Assembly: GCA_031385045.1 (NCBI GenBank)
Contig: JANNBC010000054.1
Span: forward strand, 1 to 64,000
From: a bacterium
GTDB taxonomy: Bacteria > Bdellovibrionota_C > UBA2361 > CALJRW01
Length of the DNA stretch: 64,000 bases
Direction of reading: 5' to 3'
Shown here: positions 51,141 to 61,803 of the stretch, piece by piece
How positions within the stretch are numbered: position 1 is the stretch's first letter
Layout: each line of letters begins with the position of its first letter
The notes under the pieces: generated by a model
Databases searched by the model: none
Seen by the model: the letters and a program-made list of their open reading frames with translations, nothing else
Told to the model about the DNA's origin: nothing
Program-made: the position numbers and the translations under genes

Positions 51141-53024
51141 TTACGCTTTCGCAAACCAATAAACTTGATATGGAGCTAAGCTAATCACGGAATTCTTTGT
51201 TAATTCATGTTCTTGTTTAGTAATCAAATCAATCCACGAACCTTCTGTTAATTTAGTTTCGGCAAAAGAAACTTTTTGTGCTGACTGAGAAACATTGGTT
51301 AAAGCAAACAACTGATTGTCATCAGCCAAGTTACTTAACAAACAAGCAACCAAACTTTCCGAGTCTATTTCAACTGGAGAAATTTTGGCATTAGGATCAA
51401 AGGCACTACAATTAGAGCGAATTTTTAATAACTCTTTAACGCCAGCAAAAATCTTAGCCATTTCATTAGTTGGTGTATCTAACTTGGACTGTAATACTTG
51501 AAAATTAAAGACTTCTCGATTAACGGTGCGATTCTCATCTAATCCTTCAGTCGGAAGATAATTTTTAGCGCCAATTAAACCATTCCAATAAATGGCTGGT
51601 ATCCCAGGAATACATAAGCCCATCGCAGTTACTGCCAAATATTTTTTAAGACAAAGATCGAAATCTTGAGCTACGTTTGGATTATTAATTAAATCCCAAG
51701 GAGTTGCGCAAATTTCATAAATAATCTTTTTACCACCAGGTAAGATCGCAAAATTTGGTCGACCACCATGTTGCTCCACCAATAATTCAGAGAATTTTTC
51801 TAATTCTGATTCCGGCAAAATCCCCCTTGCTGGCTTTAAGCCTAATCCATCATGACTACCTAGGACCGTAGTAAATTGATGCCCTCCAAATTGCTTAATT
51901 GTGCCTAACCAACCCTGATAGTACTTGGCATTCTCAAAATGAACAGCATGGACCGCTAATGGAAAGTGAGAAAACTGGTAAGCCAAATCAGCTTCGGGAT
52001 TTTCTGGTGTTCCAATATAAGTAAAAGCTTTGTCTTGTGGTTCATTAACTTCAGAGATTGTTACTAACTCTGGTGCCACAATTTTTAAGATATAATTCCA
52101 AGCTTCTAATAACTGGTGACATTCCTTTTCATGTAAAGAAGTAGATCCTAAGCGCTTCCAAAGATATCCAATGGCATCAAGTCTCAATAACTTAGAACCA
52201 CACTCCATGTAAAAAAGTACAATTTTTAAAGCTTCTAAAAAGACTTTTGGATTTTGGTAATTTAGATCAACCTGCCTGGTATCTTCTTCACCACTTACAA
52301 GTTTAGCTCGTGAAAAAGTTGTCCAAACATATCCTTTCCCAACAACTTCCTCATTGGGCTTTACTTCGCCTAAAATTGCGGACAAGCCAGCATTCGTGGC
52401 AACTACACGATAAGCAGTTAAAACTGGAAATGCTCGAGGACGCGAAAGATTTTCTAGCTCCTTAGCCGTGGGTTGATTTGCTTCAGAGTATGTAACAACA
52501 TAATTTAAATATTCATGATACTTGGCAAAATCCGGATGATCACTTTTTAGATGCTCGGCAATTAATGCTTTTTGAACTAAGGGATTATCAATCGAAGCAT
52601 GATTAGCCACAAAATCAAACATTAGCTTTGTTTGCTCGCCAAGCTTAGCAATGTCATTCCAGTCACCATAATCTGGATCAACTTGATAATAATCTTTAAC
52701 TGAAAAACCACGATCTGTATCCCAAGGAAAGAATGGCAAAAGATGGGTAATTGGTAAGTAGTTAGGAATATTATTTTGTTTTAAAAATTTTCCAAGTGTT
52801 TGGATCGGATTTAGCTCGGCACTTTCAATTTGGTTAGCATAGCAAATTAAAGCCAAGTCTTTTTCGTTTAGATCGAGAAACGCCGAAGTAGTTTTAACAC
52901 CTTGTTTTTTTTCTTGAAAATTAGCAAAGAGTTTTTGAACATCTACAACTAATTTCTTAGAAGCTTCTGATCCATATACTGAATCAAGACAAACAGCGAC
53001 ATCATTCCAAGTAAACTCTCTCAT
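51141..53024 (-). CDS. GH13 sucrose-phosphorylase family enzyme, probably glucosylglycerate phosphorylase
   Basis: HLLPFFP, WTTFS, QVDLNY, LRLDAIGYLWK, SEVN, SHDG, YEIC; adjacent glycerate kinase. Confidence 0.8.
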   Translation of the reverse strand: MREFTWNDVAVCLDSVYGSEASKKLVVDVQKLFANFQEKKQGVKTTSAFLDLNEKDLALICYANQIESAELNPIQTLGKFLKQNNIPNYLPITHLLPFFPWDTDRGFSVKDYYQVDPDYGDWNDIAKLGEQTKLMFDFVANHASIDNPLVQKALIAEHLKSDHPDFAKYHEYLNYVVTYSEANQPTAKELENLSRPRAFPVLTAYRVVATNAGLSAILGEVKPNEEVVGKGYVWTTFSRAKLVSGEEDTRQVDLNYQNPKVFLEALKIVLFYMECGSKLLRLDAIGYLWKRLGSTSLHEKECHQLLEAWNYILKIVAPELVTISEVNEPQDKAFTYIGTPENPEADLAYQFSHFPLAVHAVHFENAKYYQGWLGTIKQFGGHQFTTVLGSHDGLGLKPARGILPESELEKFSELLVEQHGGRPNFAILPGGKKIIYEICATPWDLINNPNVAQDFDLCLKKYLAVTAMGLCIPGIPAIYWNGLIGAKNYLPTEGLDENRTVNREVFNFQVLQSKLDTPTNEMAKIFAGVKELLKIRSNCSAFDPNAKISPVEIDSESLVACLLSNLADDNQLFALTNVSQSAQKVSFAETKLTEGSWIDLITKQEHELTKNSVISLAPYQVYWFAKA

Positions 53025-53175
53025 TGGTAATTTATTATATTAAAATACGGACTATTGAACTTGATTTGCGAAGCAACTATTCAAGTAAATAAGACCGTAA
53101 TTAAATACTAAATGTCTAGAAATTTGTCTAAATTGATTTTACCTAGAATTCTTGGGAAAGTGACAGGCTCTACAA

Positions 53176-54324
53176 CTACTCTGTTAATTGATAACTCGTC
53201 ATTAAAGGCTTTAATTCACTACTAATTTGAGTGAGTCTCTTAGATGCCTGAGCTCCAAGACTATCAATCGTCTCACAAATGATCTCAGCTAAAGCTAGAG
53301 GAGCAGCAGATACTGACTGATATCGTCGGCAATTTTGCCCCTCGGCAACTCGAGCTAATTCACCATCATATTTACCTTGAGTATTGGGCAATTGAATAAA
53401 AGTGTCAGACTCACTTAATTCAGTAACAGCAGGAACATCATTCTTGGCATCCCCAGCAAAGATCAATTTGGAACTTGCTTCTCCCGCCTGACTAAGCAAA
53501 GATCTGGCTAAACGAATAGCTAGGCCTTTACCTTCTTGGCATGCCAGCGGGCAAACCGAAATTGCTTTGGAAGAACGACTGAGAAAAATATCTAATTTAG
53601 CAGCTTCCTGGTTTAACTGATCCCAATCTTGCTTAGAGATTAAATCTAAGCCACTAGGCATAAATGGCACTAGCTTTCCAGATACTTTATCTCTAATAAA
53701 AACAGGACTATTCCCTTCCCGATTGCAAGATCGTAAAGCCTCAGCTTCGTTTTTAAATCCTAGATAAGTAATAACATTTCTTAAGAGATCACTATCTTTA
53801 GCGGCCTCAGAAATCGCTCTTAGCTCCCAATTTGAAGAGAATTGTTCACTCCCAATTGCTTGATTAAGTATTTTTTGAAAGTGTGAACTATCACTTAAAA
53901 AATCTCGTGTCTTAGTAACAAGATCATCTAAAGTTACACCAAGTAAATATTTAACTGTGTCTGACTTCTGATCTAGAACCTTAATAACATCTACTGGTAA
54001 AATTGCTTCTAGCATTGTTGCTAGCTGGGAGTTATTATTAGCAATACTAATCACACAGCAATTCTCTGTTGCTGTAATCACAGGAACACTCAAATGCACC
54101 GCAGAAACTTCTGTCGCAGTTTTATTAGTAGCAATAATTGGGATGACCGGTGAGAGTAGACTAGCCGCCTCTACCACTAGTTGCATGATTGGTTGATAGA
54201 TTTCAGATCTACTTAACTCATGAGGAATTAATGTTCCATCAATGTCAAAGGTGAAAGCCGGCTGAGCAAGTAGCTCTTGAGTTAGGGCTAGTATATTTAA
54301 TCTTTTTGTAGCTACTGGATCCAT
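53176..54324 (-). CDS. HAD phosphatase, MpgP/GpgP-like (glycosyl-3-phosphoglycerate phosphatase)
   Basis: FDIDGTL, TNKT, EN, GKG, GDAKND; operon context. Confidence 0.72.
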   Translation of the reverse strand: MDPVATKRLNILALTQELLAQPAFTFDIDGTLIPHELSRSEIYQPIMQLVVEAASLLSPVIPIIATNKTATEVSAVHLSVPVITATENCCVISIANNNSQLATMLEAILPVDVIKVLDQKSDTVKYLLGVTLDDLVTKTRDFLSDSSHFQKILNQAIGSEQFSSNWELRAISEAAKDSDLLRNVITYLGFKNEAEALRSCNREGNSPVFIRDKVSGKLVPFMPSGLDLISKQDWDQLNQEAAKLDIFLSRSSKAISVCPLACQEGKGLAIRLARSLLSQAGEASSKLIFAGDAKNDVPAVTELSESDTFIQLPNTQGKYDGELARVAEGQNCRRYQSVSAAPLALAEIICETIDSLGAQASKRLTQISSELKPLMTSYQLTE

Positions 54325-54377
54325 TACACAACAAAACAATAAATCAAACAATCACTGACTTCGCCCCTAAGACCAAT

Positions 54378-55967
54378 TTAATTTTTGGAATTAACAAATG
54401 GTAATAACTCATCTGGAGTAATCCCTTGTTTGCTTCGATCAAGGATATCATTTACTTCACCAAACAAATCATCTGGATGCATTCCACGGTTAAGTAAATC
54501 ATTCAGAGTTAATCTGCTAGCATTTGAGATTGCTCCATTTCGCTTATCACTTGTAATTGCCTGATGTTCCGTAACAATTATAGAAGAGCAAAACTCTAAT
54601 AACTCCTGAAGCGCCTGCATGTTAGGTTTTTGTAAGCCAAGCTCTTTCGCCATATCGTATTTGCGAGAAATCATTAAACCACCTAAAGCCTCAGTAATAT
54701 TTTTAATATGATTAATCTCGCGATCAGAAATCCGAATATCCATTTCTACAATTACTGCCTTGAAAAAGCCTCTGAAGATCTCTCGAGCCATATCTTCTAA
54801 AGTATTTCCGGAAGTCTTCCCTTGCTCTTCTAACTCTTGCACGTTAGCAGGTTGGTTGTGATGGGCATAAGTACCAATTAGAACATTAGCAATCTGGGAG
54901 ATCTCAGCCTTACCATTTTGAACCAAAGAGGCCATGTGTAAGTTCTTGCTAGTCTCATCAAAGTACCCACCACCAATTGGCACATCTTTTAAGATATCCA
55001 TACGAAACTGACGCTCACCAGACAGTTGATAGGTAACTTCTTTTAAAACTTTGGATACAACGCCTAGCTTATCACCAAGAACATAATCAACTGCTTCAAT
55101 AAAAGGAGTCATAACTGCGTTAAGTCTTCCAGTTTCTACTCCAGCAGAATTAATTCGAAAAAAAGAAGCAATTGAAGCAACACAATCATGCAAAGCCGTA
55201 TGCATAAAGCCAGCAAGATAAGCAGAAGCTGGAAGCTTTAAATCTGTATCCATGGAAGAATAGAATCCATTATGATCAGATACACCATCGCGGAATTGTC
55301 TAGCTAAGACTGCAAGCGAGGCAACATACATTGCCGTTCCTTTTCCAGAGTGCTTTAACTCAGGAAGGTTCAATCTATCCCAAAGCTGATGAAAGCCGAT
55401 ATGGTTTGGATAAACAAACTCCAAATTGCCAATATGCCCTTTATCTAAATCGGGAGTGGTATATGCAGAAAGTCTTTCTCTCTCCAAAGCCAGCGCACTC
55501 GCATCACGAGTATATTTAAAATCATCTCCTGGATAATTTGGAGTAGCGAAGATTCGCAGATATAGACCGTTGTGACCTGGTATAGAAAGATTGGTATAGG
55601 CATTATTTAGCTGTGTTGCTGCCTCAGCAACCTTAACTCCAATTGATGTTAAAGGAGAATGCTCCCCTAGGGCATCCCTAGGCATTGTTGGACAACAAAT
55701 ACTTAAAGATAGTGGACGTTGCTCTACTGCAATTCGCTCCTGAAGTAATTTTTGGAAACCATGATCAAGCCTTAAATGTGCAAGACTATCAGAAAACTCC
55801 AGCTGCTGAGGTGTTAATTTTCCCTGCATCTTAGCAGTAGATAAAATATTTAAAATTTCATCAGTGGAAGGAGGAAGACCTTGGCCTAACGTAACATCTG
55901 GAAGCTTAGCTACGTGTCGAATAAACTCTACAGGCTTGGGCCCGAAGTTTTGAATTTTTTGTGACAT
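54378..55967 (-). CDS. Divergent GpgS-like GT-A glycosyltransferase, paralog 1
   Basis: GKG, DTD (DxD), FFR..GR, YQLSGE, GYFDE, YAHHNQ, LEDMA follow the GpgS motif order; start 55967 by alignment to paralog 2 (alternative 56009). Confidence 0.65.
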   Translation of the reverse strand: MSQKIQNFGPKPVEFIRHVAKLPDVTLGQGLPPSTDEILNILSTAKMQGKLTPQQLEFSDSLAHLRLDHGFQKLLQERIAVEQRPLSLSICCPTMPRDALGEHSPLTSIGVKVAEAATQLNNAYTNLSIPGHNGLYLRIFATPNYPGDDFKYTRDASALALERERLSAYTTPDLDKGHIGNLEFVYPNHIGFHQLWDRLNLPELKHSGKGTAMYVASLAVLARQFRDGVSDHNGFYSSMDTDLKLPASAYLAGFMHTALHDCVASIASFFRINSAGVETGRLNAVMTPFIEAVDYVLGDKLGVVSKVLKEVTYQLSGERQFRMDILKDVPIGGGYFDETSKNLHMASLVQNGKAEISQIANVLIGTYAHHNQPANVQELEEQGKTSGNTLEDMAREIFRGFFKAVIVEMDIRISDREINHIKNITEALGGLMISRKYDMAKELGLQKPNMQALQELLEFCSSIIVTEHQAITSDKRNGAISNASRLTLNDLLNRGMHPDDLFGEVNDILDRSKQGITPDELLPFVNSKN

Positions 55968-56264
55968 TATAGGAATTCTAGTTAAATCAAGTTTAGCGTC
56001 ATTCAACATATAGGTCTTATGAAATCAAAGCAATATTTAGAGCTTAAAGTAACAGTATGGTTATGACTACTAGGAGAATTATCGTGATTAAATAATCAAC
56101 AATTTTGGGCCAAACGTTAAGATATTTGAAATGTGTCGATTAAGGCTTATTCTAATAAAAATAATCTTTAATTTATCTAATTTAATATTAAAAATACTAT
56201 AAATTATTGTAATTTCTGAGTGAAATTAGCAGAAATTCAAGCAAGATAACTAGGCTATCTTTGT

Positions 56265-57881
56265 CTATTCAAAACGCCTTAAATCACTTGGCTTAATTCC
56301 ATCAGAGCTATCTTTTAAAATAGTATTAACTTCTCCAAAAAGCTGTCGACTACCAGCTCTTAATAAAACATCTTGCAATGTAAGGCGCGGAGAATCCGTA
56401 ATTTGACCAGCAGCATAAGCCGTATTTACATTGTTAAATTCAGTAATAATCGCTCCACAGAAATGAGTCAGTAAAGACTTCAAAGCTTTTTCATTAGGGG
56501 AATTTAAACCAACATCTTGAGCCAACTCACTTTTTTGCCCAATCATCATTGCGCCATACTTGTAAGTTAAATCAGAAACTTGGGCGATCTCTTCCGGATA
56601 AATTCTAAATTTCATTTCCGCAACAATAGCCCTAAAAAATCCTTGAAGAATTTCGGAAGCCATATGCTCCAATGTCCTTCCAGAAGAAGCATTGTTTTGA
56701 GCAACCAGCTCATCGCGATTTGCAGGCTGGTTATGATGCGCATAGGTACCAATTTGCACATTAGCAATATCACTTTCCCTTAATGGATAATTTGGATCGA
56801 TAACCTTACTTGCTAAATCCAGATTGATACTAGTTTCATAAAAATATCCTCCACCAATTGGAATATCTTTTAAAAGATCTGTGCGGAACTGTCGTTCACC
56901 GGATAACTGATAATTAATTTGTCTAATAACGCCCATCACCTCCCGAAGACCTGGTCTATGCTTTGTATTCTGACCAAGGACACGCTCAAATGCTTCCATA
57001 AAAGGTGTCATGATTGCATTTAATCTACCAGTCTCAACGCCCTGCGCATTAATTCGAAAGAAGGAGGCAATTGAAGCCACAGAATCATGCAGGGCAGAAT
57101 TCATAAATCCTGCTAAGTAAGCAGACGATGGAACTTTTAAATCAGTATCCATCGCAAAATAAAAACCATTTCGATCAGGTATTTGCGCTTCAAATTGACG
57201 CGCTAAAACTGCTAGAGAAGCCACAAACATTGCCGTTCCCTTCCCAGATTTCTTTAACTCAGGAAGCTCCAACTTGTCCCACAAATTAAAAAACCCAACA
57301 TGATTTGGATAAACAAACTCTAATTTTCCAATTTGATTTCCTCGCAGATCAGGATGTGTGTAAGCAGATAAACGAGTCCTTTCTAAATCTAAAGACCTTT
57401 GATCCGTAGCATAAACATCAAAATCTTTTCCTGGATAATTTGGTGTAGCAAAAATACTCATCAATACGGCAACTCGTTTTTCCGCATCAGGAACATTTGG
57501 GAAATTTGGAATCTGATGATACTCATCAAACAATTTTTTTGCTGCGTAAGCTACTTTTCCACCTATAGCTGGCAAAGTAGTATTCTCACCTAGACTATCT
57601 CTAGGCATCGTAGGACAGCAAACATTCACTGCCCAAGATCTACCATTTAAAATTCTTTGAGTGAGTGAATGACGAAAATCTGAACCAAAAGTTAAATGAG
57701 AAAGATCGGTGTAAAGTGATCTTTGCTCATTAGTTAAGGAACCTTCTTGAGACTTTTTTTCTAGGGTTTGTAAGATCTCATCAGTAGATGGAGGTAGGCC
57801 GTTAGCTAAGTGTCCCTTGGGGTATAAAGTAGCAACTGTACGGATGAATTGTTCCGGACTAACACCAAAGGTATTCAACAT
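56265..57881 (-). CDS. Divergent GpgS-like GT-A glycosyltransferase, paralog 2
   Basis: Same motifs (SGKGTAM, MDTDLK, ETGRLNA, YQLSGERQFR, GTYAHHNQPAN); probable start MLNTFG at 57881. Confidence 0.65.
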   Translation of the reverse strand: MLNTFGVSPEQFIRTVATLYPKGHLANGLPPSTDEILQTLEKKSQEGSLTNEQRSLYTDLSHLTFGSDFRHSLTQRILNGRSWAVNVCCPTMPRDSLGENTTLPAIGGKVAYAAKKLFDEYHQIPNFPNVPDAEKRVAVLMSIFATPNYPGKDFDVYATDQRSLDLERTRLSAYTHPDLRGNQIGKLEFVYPNHVGFFNLWDKLELPELKKSGKGTAMFVASLAVLARQFEAQIPDRNGFYFAMDTDLKVPSSAYLAGFMNSALHDSVASIASFFRINAQGVETGRLNAIMTPFMEAFERVLGQNTKHRPGLREVMGVIRQINYQLSGERQFRTDLLKDIPIGGGYFYETSINLDLASKVIDPNYPLRESDIANVQIGTYAHHNQPANRDELVAQNNASSGRTLEHMASEILQGFFRAIVAEMKFRIYPEEIAQVSDLTYKYGAMMIGQKSELAQDVGLNSPNEKALKSLLTHFCGAIITEFNNVNTAYAAGQITDSPRLTLQDVLLRAGSRQLFGEVNTILKDSSDGIKPSDLRRFE

Positions 57882-58220
57882 AGATAACCTGATATTAAAA
57901 AAGCACCGAACACCAGTTGATAACACAGCAAAGAAAGGTAAGCAAAGGCTAAAATGAACTAGTCTTTTTTATAATGTTTTCTCTCCCAGTTTTTTAATGG
58001 GATCACACTATGAGCTAACTAACAAAAAGTTAACTTACAGCTTGCTGATATTAGTCTTAATCCACTCATAACTGTACTAATTTCTATTGGATTTTCTATA
58101 ACTACTATGAGAAATGTACCCTCGGTAAAGCACATTACTGACAAGATTGACTAAGAACTGATACCAAATATATTAAGAAAAAGTGCTAATCCACTAAACT
58201 GTCTACAAGAAATTCGATCT

Positions 58221-59447
58221 ATGATAAATCAAGATGTAAAAAGTATGGCCGCTCTTCACTGGGCACAATTTCCTTTTGTAGGTGGAGTAGAGCGTCACCT
58301 AGAAACTATTCTTCCGCAAATTGCCAAAGCTGGTGTAAATATTTCTGCTCTTTCCGGACGTTATCCTGGTGAGCCATTAAGCGCAATTACTCAGGGTGTT
58401 AATCAACAGAGATCCGAATTATTACTACTACAACATATCAAAGAAAATCGAGATCAAATTCAGCCGGAGCAATTAGTTGCAATGTATCGCCAGTTTATTG
58501 ATACGACTAAACCAGAAGTCCTTTTTGCTCATAACCAACATTTTGGCTATCCAGAATATGCTGGCGCACTGTTAGATCTGACTAAAGAAAAAGGTATTCC
58601 GGCGGCAATTGTTTTGCACAATGATATCTTTGTAGGCAGAGATTATAGCGAGACAAAATCAATTGTTGCCATGCCCTGGGATCGAGTTGTCTCAATTAGT
58701 TTATACTTAACAGCAGTGACTATCCAAGAGCATCCTAACTTTTTAGGAAATCATATTGAAACCATCCCTCACGGAATTGATACTGACATGTTTCGTCCAT
58801 TAACTGCCGATGAAAGAAAAGCAGAAAGAGCTAAGCACGGCTGGGGAGACCGACCAATTGTGATTAATCATTCTAAAATGATTGAGAAAAAAGGAACATT
58901 AGAGACTGTCCTAGCAATTGCTCAAGTAAAAGAAAATCATCCAGAAGTTTTATTACTACTTTGTGGTGGCACTCCAGCAATAGCGGACTCCGGACAAGCT
59001 CAACAATATTGGGCAGAAATCCAATCAGCAATTCGCGAACATGGATTAGAAAAGAATATTTTAATCCAAAAATATCACCCCGATGAAATCCCAACAATTG
59101 TGGGACTTTGTGATGTAGCAATCCAATCGAGCATTAAACATGAAGAGCCCTTTGGCCTTTGTCCTGTAGAAGCAATGGCTTGCGCAGTTCCAGTTATTGC
59201 CACAAGAAGTGGTGGAATCCCCGAGTCGATTGTTGACCAACAAACTGGTTTCATTATCGAGAAAGAGCCTTTAGCTGATGTACCTCAAGCTATCGCTAGT
59301 CGGCTTGATCTTCTATTATCTAATGGCAATCTTAGAAATATGATGGGACAAGCTGGCCGAGCTCGGGTCATGGCAGATTTTACAAAAAAAATAATGGCTG
59401 ATAGATTTATTGAGTCTGCTAACGGCTTATTAAATGACGCAAGATAA
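58221..59447 (+). CDS. GT4 family retaining glycosyltransferase
   Basis: GGVERH, HGIDT, KG, EPFGLCPVEAMA (EX7E), GGIPE. Confidence 0.9.
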   Translation: MINQDVKSMAALHWAQFPFVGGVERHLETILPQIAKAGVNISALSGRYPGEPLSAITQGVNQQRSELLLLQHIKENRDQIQPEQLVAMYRQFIDTTKPEVLFAHNQHFGYPEYAGALLDLTKEKGIPAAIVLHNDIFVGRDYSETKSIVAMPWDRVVSISLYLTAVTIQEHPNFLGNHIETIPHGIDTDMFRPLTADERKAERAKHGWGDRPIVINHSKMIEKKGTLETVLAIAQVKENHPEVLLLLCGGTPAIADSGQAQQYWAEIQSAIREHGLEKNILIQKYHPDEIPTIVGLCDVAIQSSIKHEEPFGLCPVEAMACAVPVIATRSGGIPESIVDQQTGFIIEKEPLADVPQAIASRLDLLLSNGNLRNMMGQAGRARVMADFTKKIMADRFIESANGLLNDAR

Positions 59448-61800
59448 GATTGATAAAAACACTTTAGAAAATTATTTAAACCCTACAGAATGGAGGATTT
59501 CCGAGAAATCTTTTGATGTAGCTAAGATTAATTTTTACGAAACATTATTCACAATTGGCAATGGGTTTCTAGGAACTAGAGGAAGCCTAGAAGAAGGTCA
59601 CTCTGGTGCTCTTCCCGGGACATTCATCAATGGTATCTATGATCACTTCGATTCTTTTGTTGTTGAATTAGTTAATGCGCCTTCTTGGTTTGACCTAGCA
59701 ATTCTTGTCGATGGCCATCAACTAGATCTTGAGTCCTGCCAAATATTAGATTTTGAAAGATCACTTGATCTAAAAGCTGGCTTATTATTTCGTCGCACAC
59801 GTTTTCAAGATCAATCTGGAAAAATCACCCTACTAGAATCTCTCCGTTATGCCAGCATGGCAAATAGACATCTAATGGAGACTAAAGTTCGTCTAGTACC
59901 AGAGAACTATAGTGGTGAGATTGAAGTTATTAGTAAAACTTCCGCTAATTTTGAAAACCTTGGATTAAAAGATGCCTCCAAGCGAGAAATTCCGGTAATC
60001 CCAGCAACAAAATGGAAAAAATGGAATAAAAGTATTCACTTTGCTCCAACCGCAACAAAATTATCAGCCGATGGAATTGGATTCGAGTTTAAAACTCTAG
60101 AGCGACCATATAAATTTGCCTACGCATCTAAATTACAAATCTCTAAGGACTCGGCGATCAAGCAATATAGCCAGAGTCAAGAAATTTCTGAAGTTGCTAA
60201 ATGCACCTGCCAACAAGGTGAAGCATTAGTCATTGAAAAACTAACAGCAATTTTCACCAATCGTGAAACAAAAGAAACTTCCCTAATCGACGTAGCATTA
60301 GCCGCAATTAAAAATGCTAAAATAAATACATTCGAGGAAAGATTAAAGGCTCATCAAAAAGCTTGGGATCAAATTTGGGATTCTTCTGACTGTCTGATTG
60401 AGGGCAATGTTCAAGATCAAAATGCTCTCCGCTTTAATCTTTATCAGATGTTAATAGCAGCAAACCCAGAAGATCCAACAGTGAACATTCCCGCAAAAAG
60501 TCTATCGGGAGAGGGTTATAAAGGGCATATTTTTTGGGACACCGAAATATTTGCTCTGCCATTTTTCATCTACACCCAACCGGAATCAGCCAAGGCGTTA
60601 CTTCGCTATCGCTACAACACATTACCAGCTGCCAAAGCTTATGCTCAGGAATCTGGATGCCTAGGTGCAAGATATGCTTGGGAGTCAGCGGACACTGGAG
60701 AAGAAACTGCTCCGAAATGGTCCTCAGATGGACAACAAAGATTTTGGACAGGTGAAAAAGAAATCCATATTACAGCTGCTGTGGCCTTTGGCTTAGTTCA
60801 TTACTACCAAGTAACTGGAGACAATGATTTTTTAAATAATTATGGATTAGAAATCCTTCTTGAGACTGCCAGATTTTGGAATACTCGATTGGAACTTAAT
60901 GCTGAAAAAGATCACTATGAAATTAATGATATTATCGGACCGGACGAATTTCATGATGAAGTAAATAATAATGCTTATACGAATTACTTAGCTCGTTGGA
61001 ATCTACAACAAGCAATTAAGTTTTATCAGCAGCTAAAAAATAACGCCCCAGAGAAACTGGCGACAGTAGTTGCAAAGATCAATTTCAAAGAGACAGAGCT
61101 AGAAGATTTTAATCATAAAATTAATAAAATCTTTATTCCCTTTGATTCTAAAACAAATTTGATTGAACAGTTTGATGGCTACTTCAATCTAACAGAAGTC
61201 CCAATCGTAGAATTCGATCACAATAATATGCCAGTATACCCTAAAGGGTATGGTCGCTATACCTGTGGCACAACCACTTTAGTGAGACAGGCTGATGTGA
61301 TCATGCTGAACTACTTGTTACCAGAGTGCTTCTCCCCAGAAATCATTAAAACTAACTATGACTTCTATGATGAGCGCACAATGCACATCTCATCACTGAG
61401 CCCAAGTATTCACGCAGCACTAGGTGCTAGACTCGGAAGAGACGAACAAGCCTATAACAATTATACTCGTACAGTTTATCAAGACTTGCATGATAACATG
61501 GGTAATACAGATTTAGGAGTTCACTTAGCTTCTTGTGGCGGAACTTGGCAAGCAACAGTGAATGGTTTTGCTGGAATGGAATTCGTTGCTGGGAATTTAA
61601 AATTTAATCCAAACTTACCAAAATCTTGGACTTCCTTAAAATTCAATCTAAAAGTTCGCAATGGTAAAATTTCGGCAAAGTTTACTAACAAAACTGCTGA
61701 GTTTGAATACCAATCAGAAGAGAATCAACCAATTGAAATTACAATTGGCAATCAAAAGCTGACGATTACACCAAACACTACAAAATCAATTCAACTTTAA
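59434..61800 (+). CDS. GH65 phosphorylase, kojibiose-phosphorylase-like
   Basis: GNGFLGTRG, YKGHIFWDTE, YAWESA, WTG, GPDEFH (catalytic Glu), RQADV, SSLS. Confidence 0.9.
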   Translation: MTQDKIDKNTLENYLNPTEWRISEKSFDVAKINFYETLFTIGNGFLGTRGSLEEGHSGALPGTFINGIYDHFDSFVVELVNAPSWFDLAILVDGHQLDLESCQILDFERSLDLKAGLLFRRTRFQDQSGKITLLESLRYASMANRHLMETKVRLVPENYSGEIEVISKTSANFENLGLKDASKREIPVIPATKWKKWNKSIHFAPTATKLSADGIGFEFKTLERPYKFAYASKLQISKDSAIKQYSQSQEISEVAKCTCQQGEALVIEKLTAIFTNRETKETSLIDVALAAIKNAKINTFEERLKAHQKAWDQIWDSSDCLIEGNVQDQNALRFNLYQMLIAANPEDPTVNIPAKSLSGEGYKGHIFWDTEIFALPFFIYTQPESAKALLRYRYNTLPAAKAYAQESGCLGARYAWESADTGEETAPKWSSDGQQRFWTGEKEIHITAAVAFGLVHYYQVTGDNDFLNNYGLEILLETARFWNTRLELNAEKDHYEINDIIGPDEFHDEVNNNAYTNYLARWNLQQAIKFYQQLKNNAPEKLATVVAKINFKETELEDFNHKINKIFIPFDSKTNLIEQFDGYFNLTEVPIVEFDHNNMPVYPKGYGRYTCGTTTLVRQADVIMLNYLLPECFSPEIIKTNYDFYDERTMHISSLSPSIHAALGARLGRDEQAYNNYTRTVYQDLHDNMGNTDLGVHLASCGGTWQATVNGFAGMEFVAGNLKFNPNLPKSWTSLKFNLKVRNGKISAKFTNKTAEFEYQSEENQPIEITIGNQKLTITPNTTKSIQL

Positions 61801-61803
61801 TAA

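Noticed and set aside
4951..57926. Longest-ORF starts for lon (5007), 7024, grpE (15780), 19967, 42997, 46236, 54351 and 57926
   Set aside because: The extensions overlap neighbours or precede obvious signal peptides or homologous starts; downstream ATGs were preferred.
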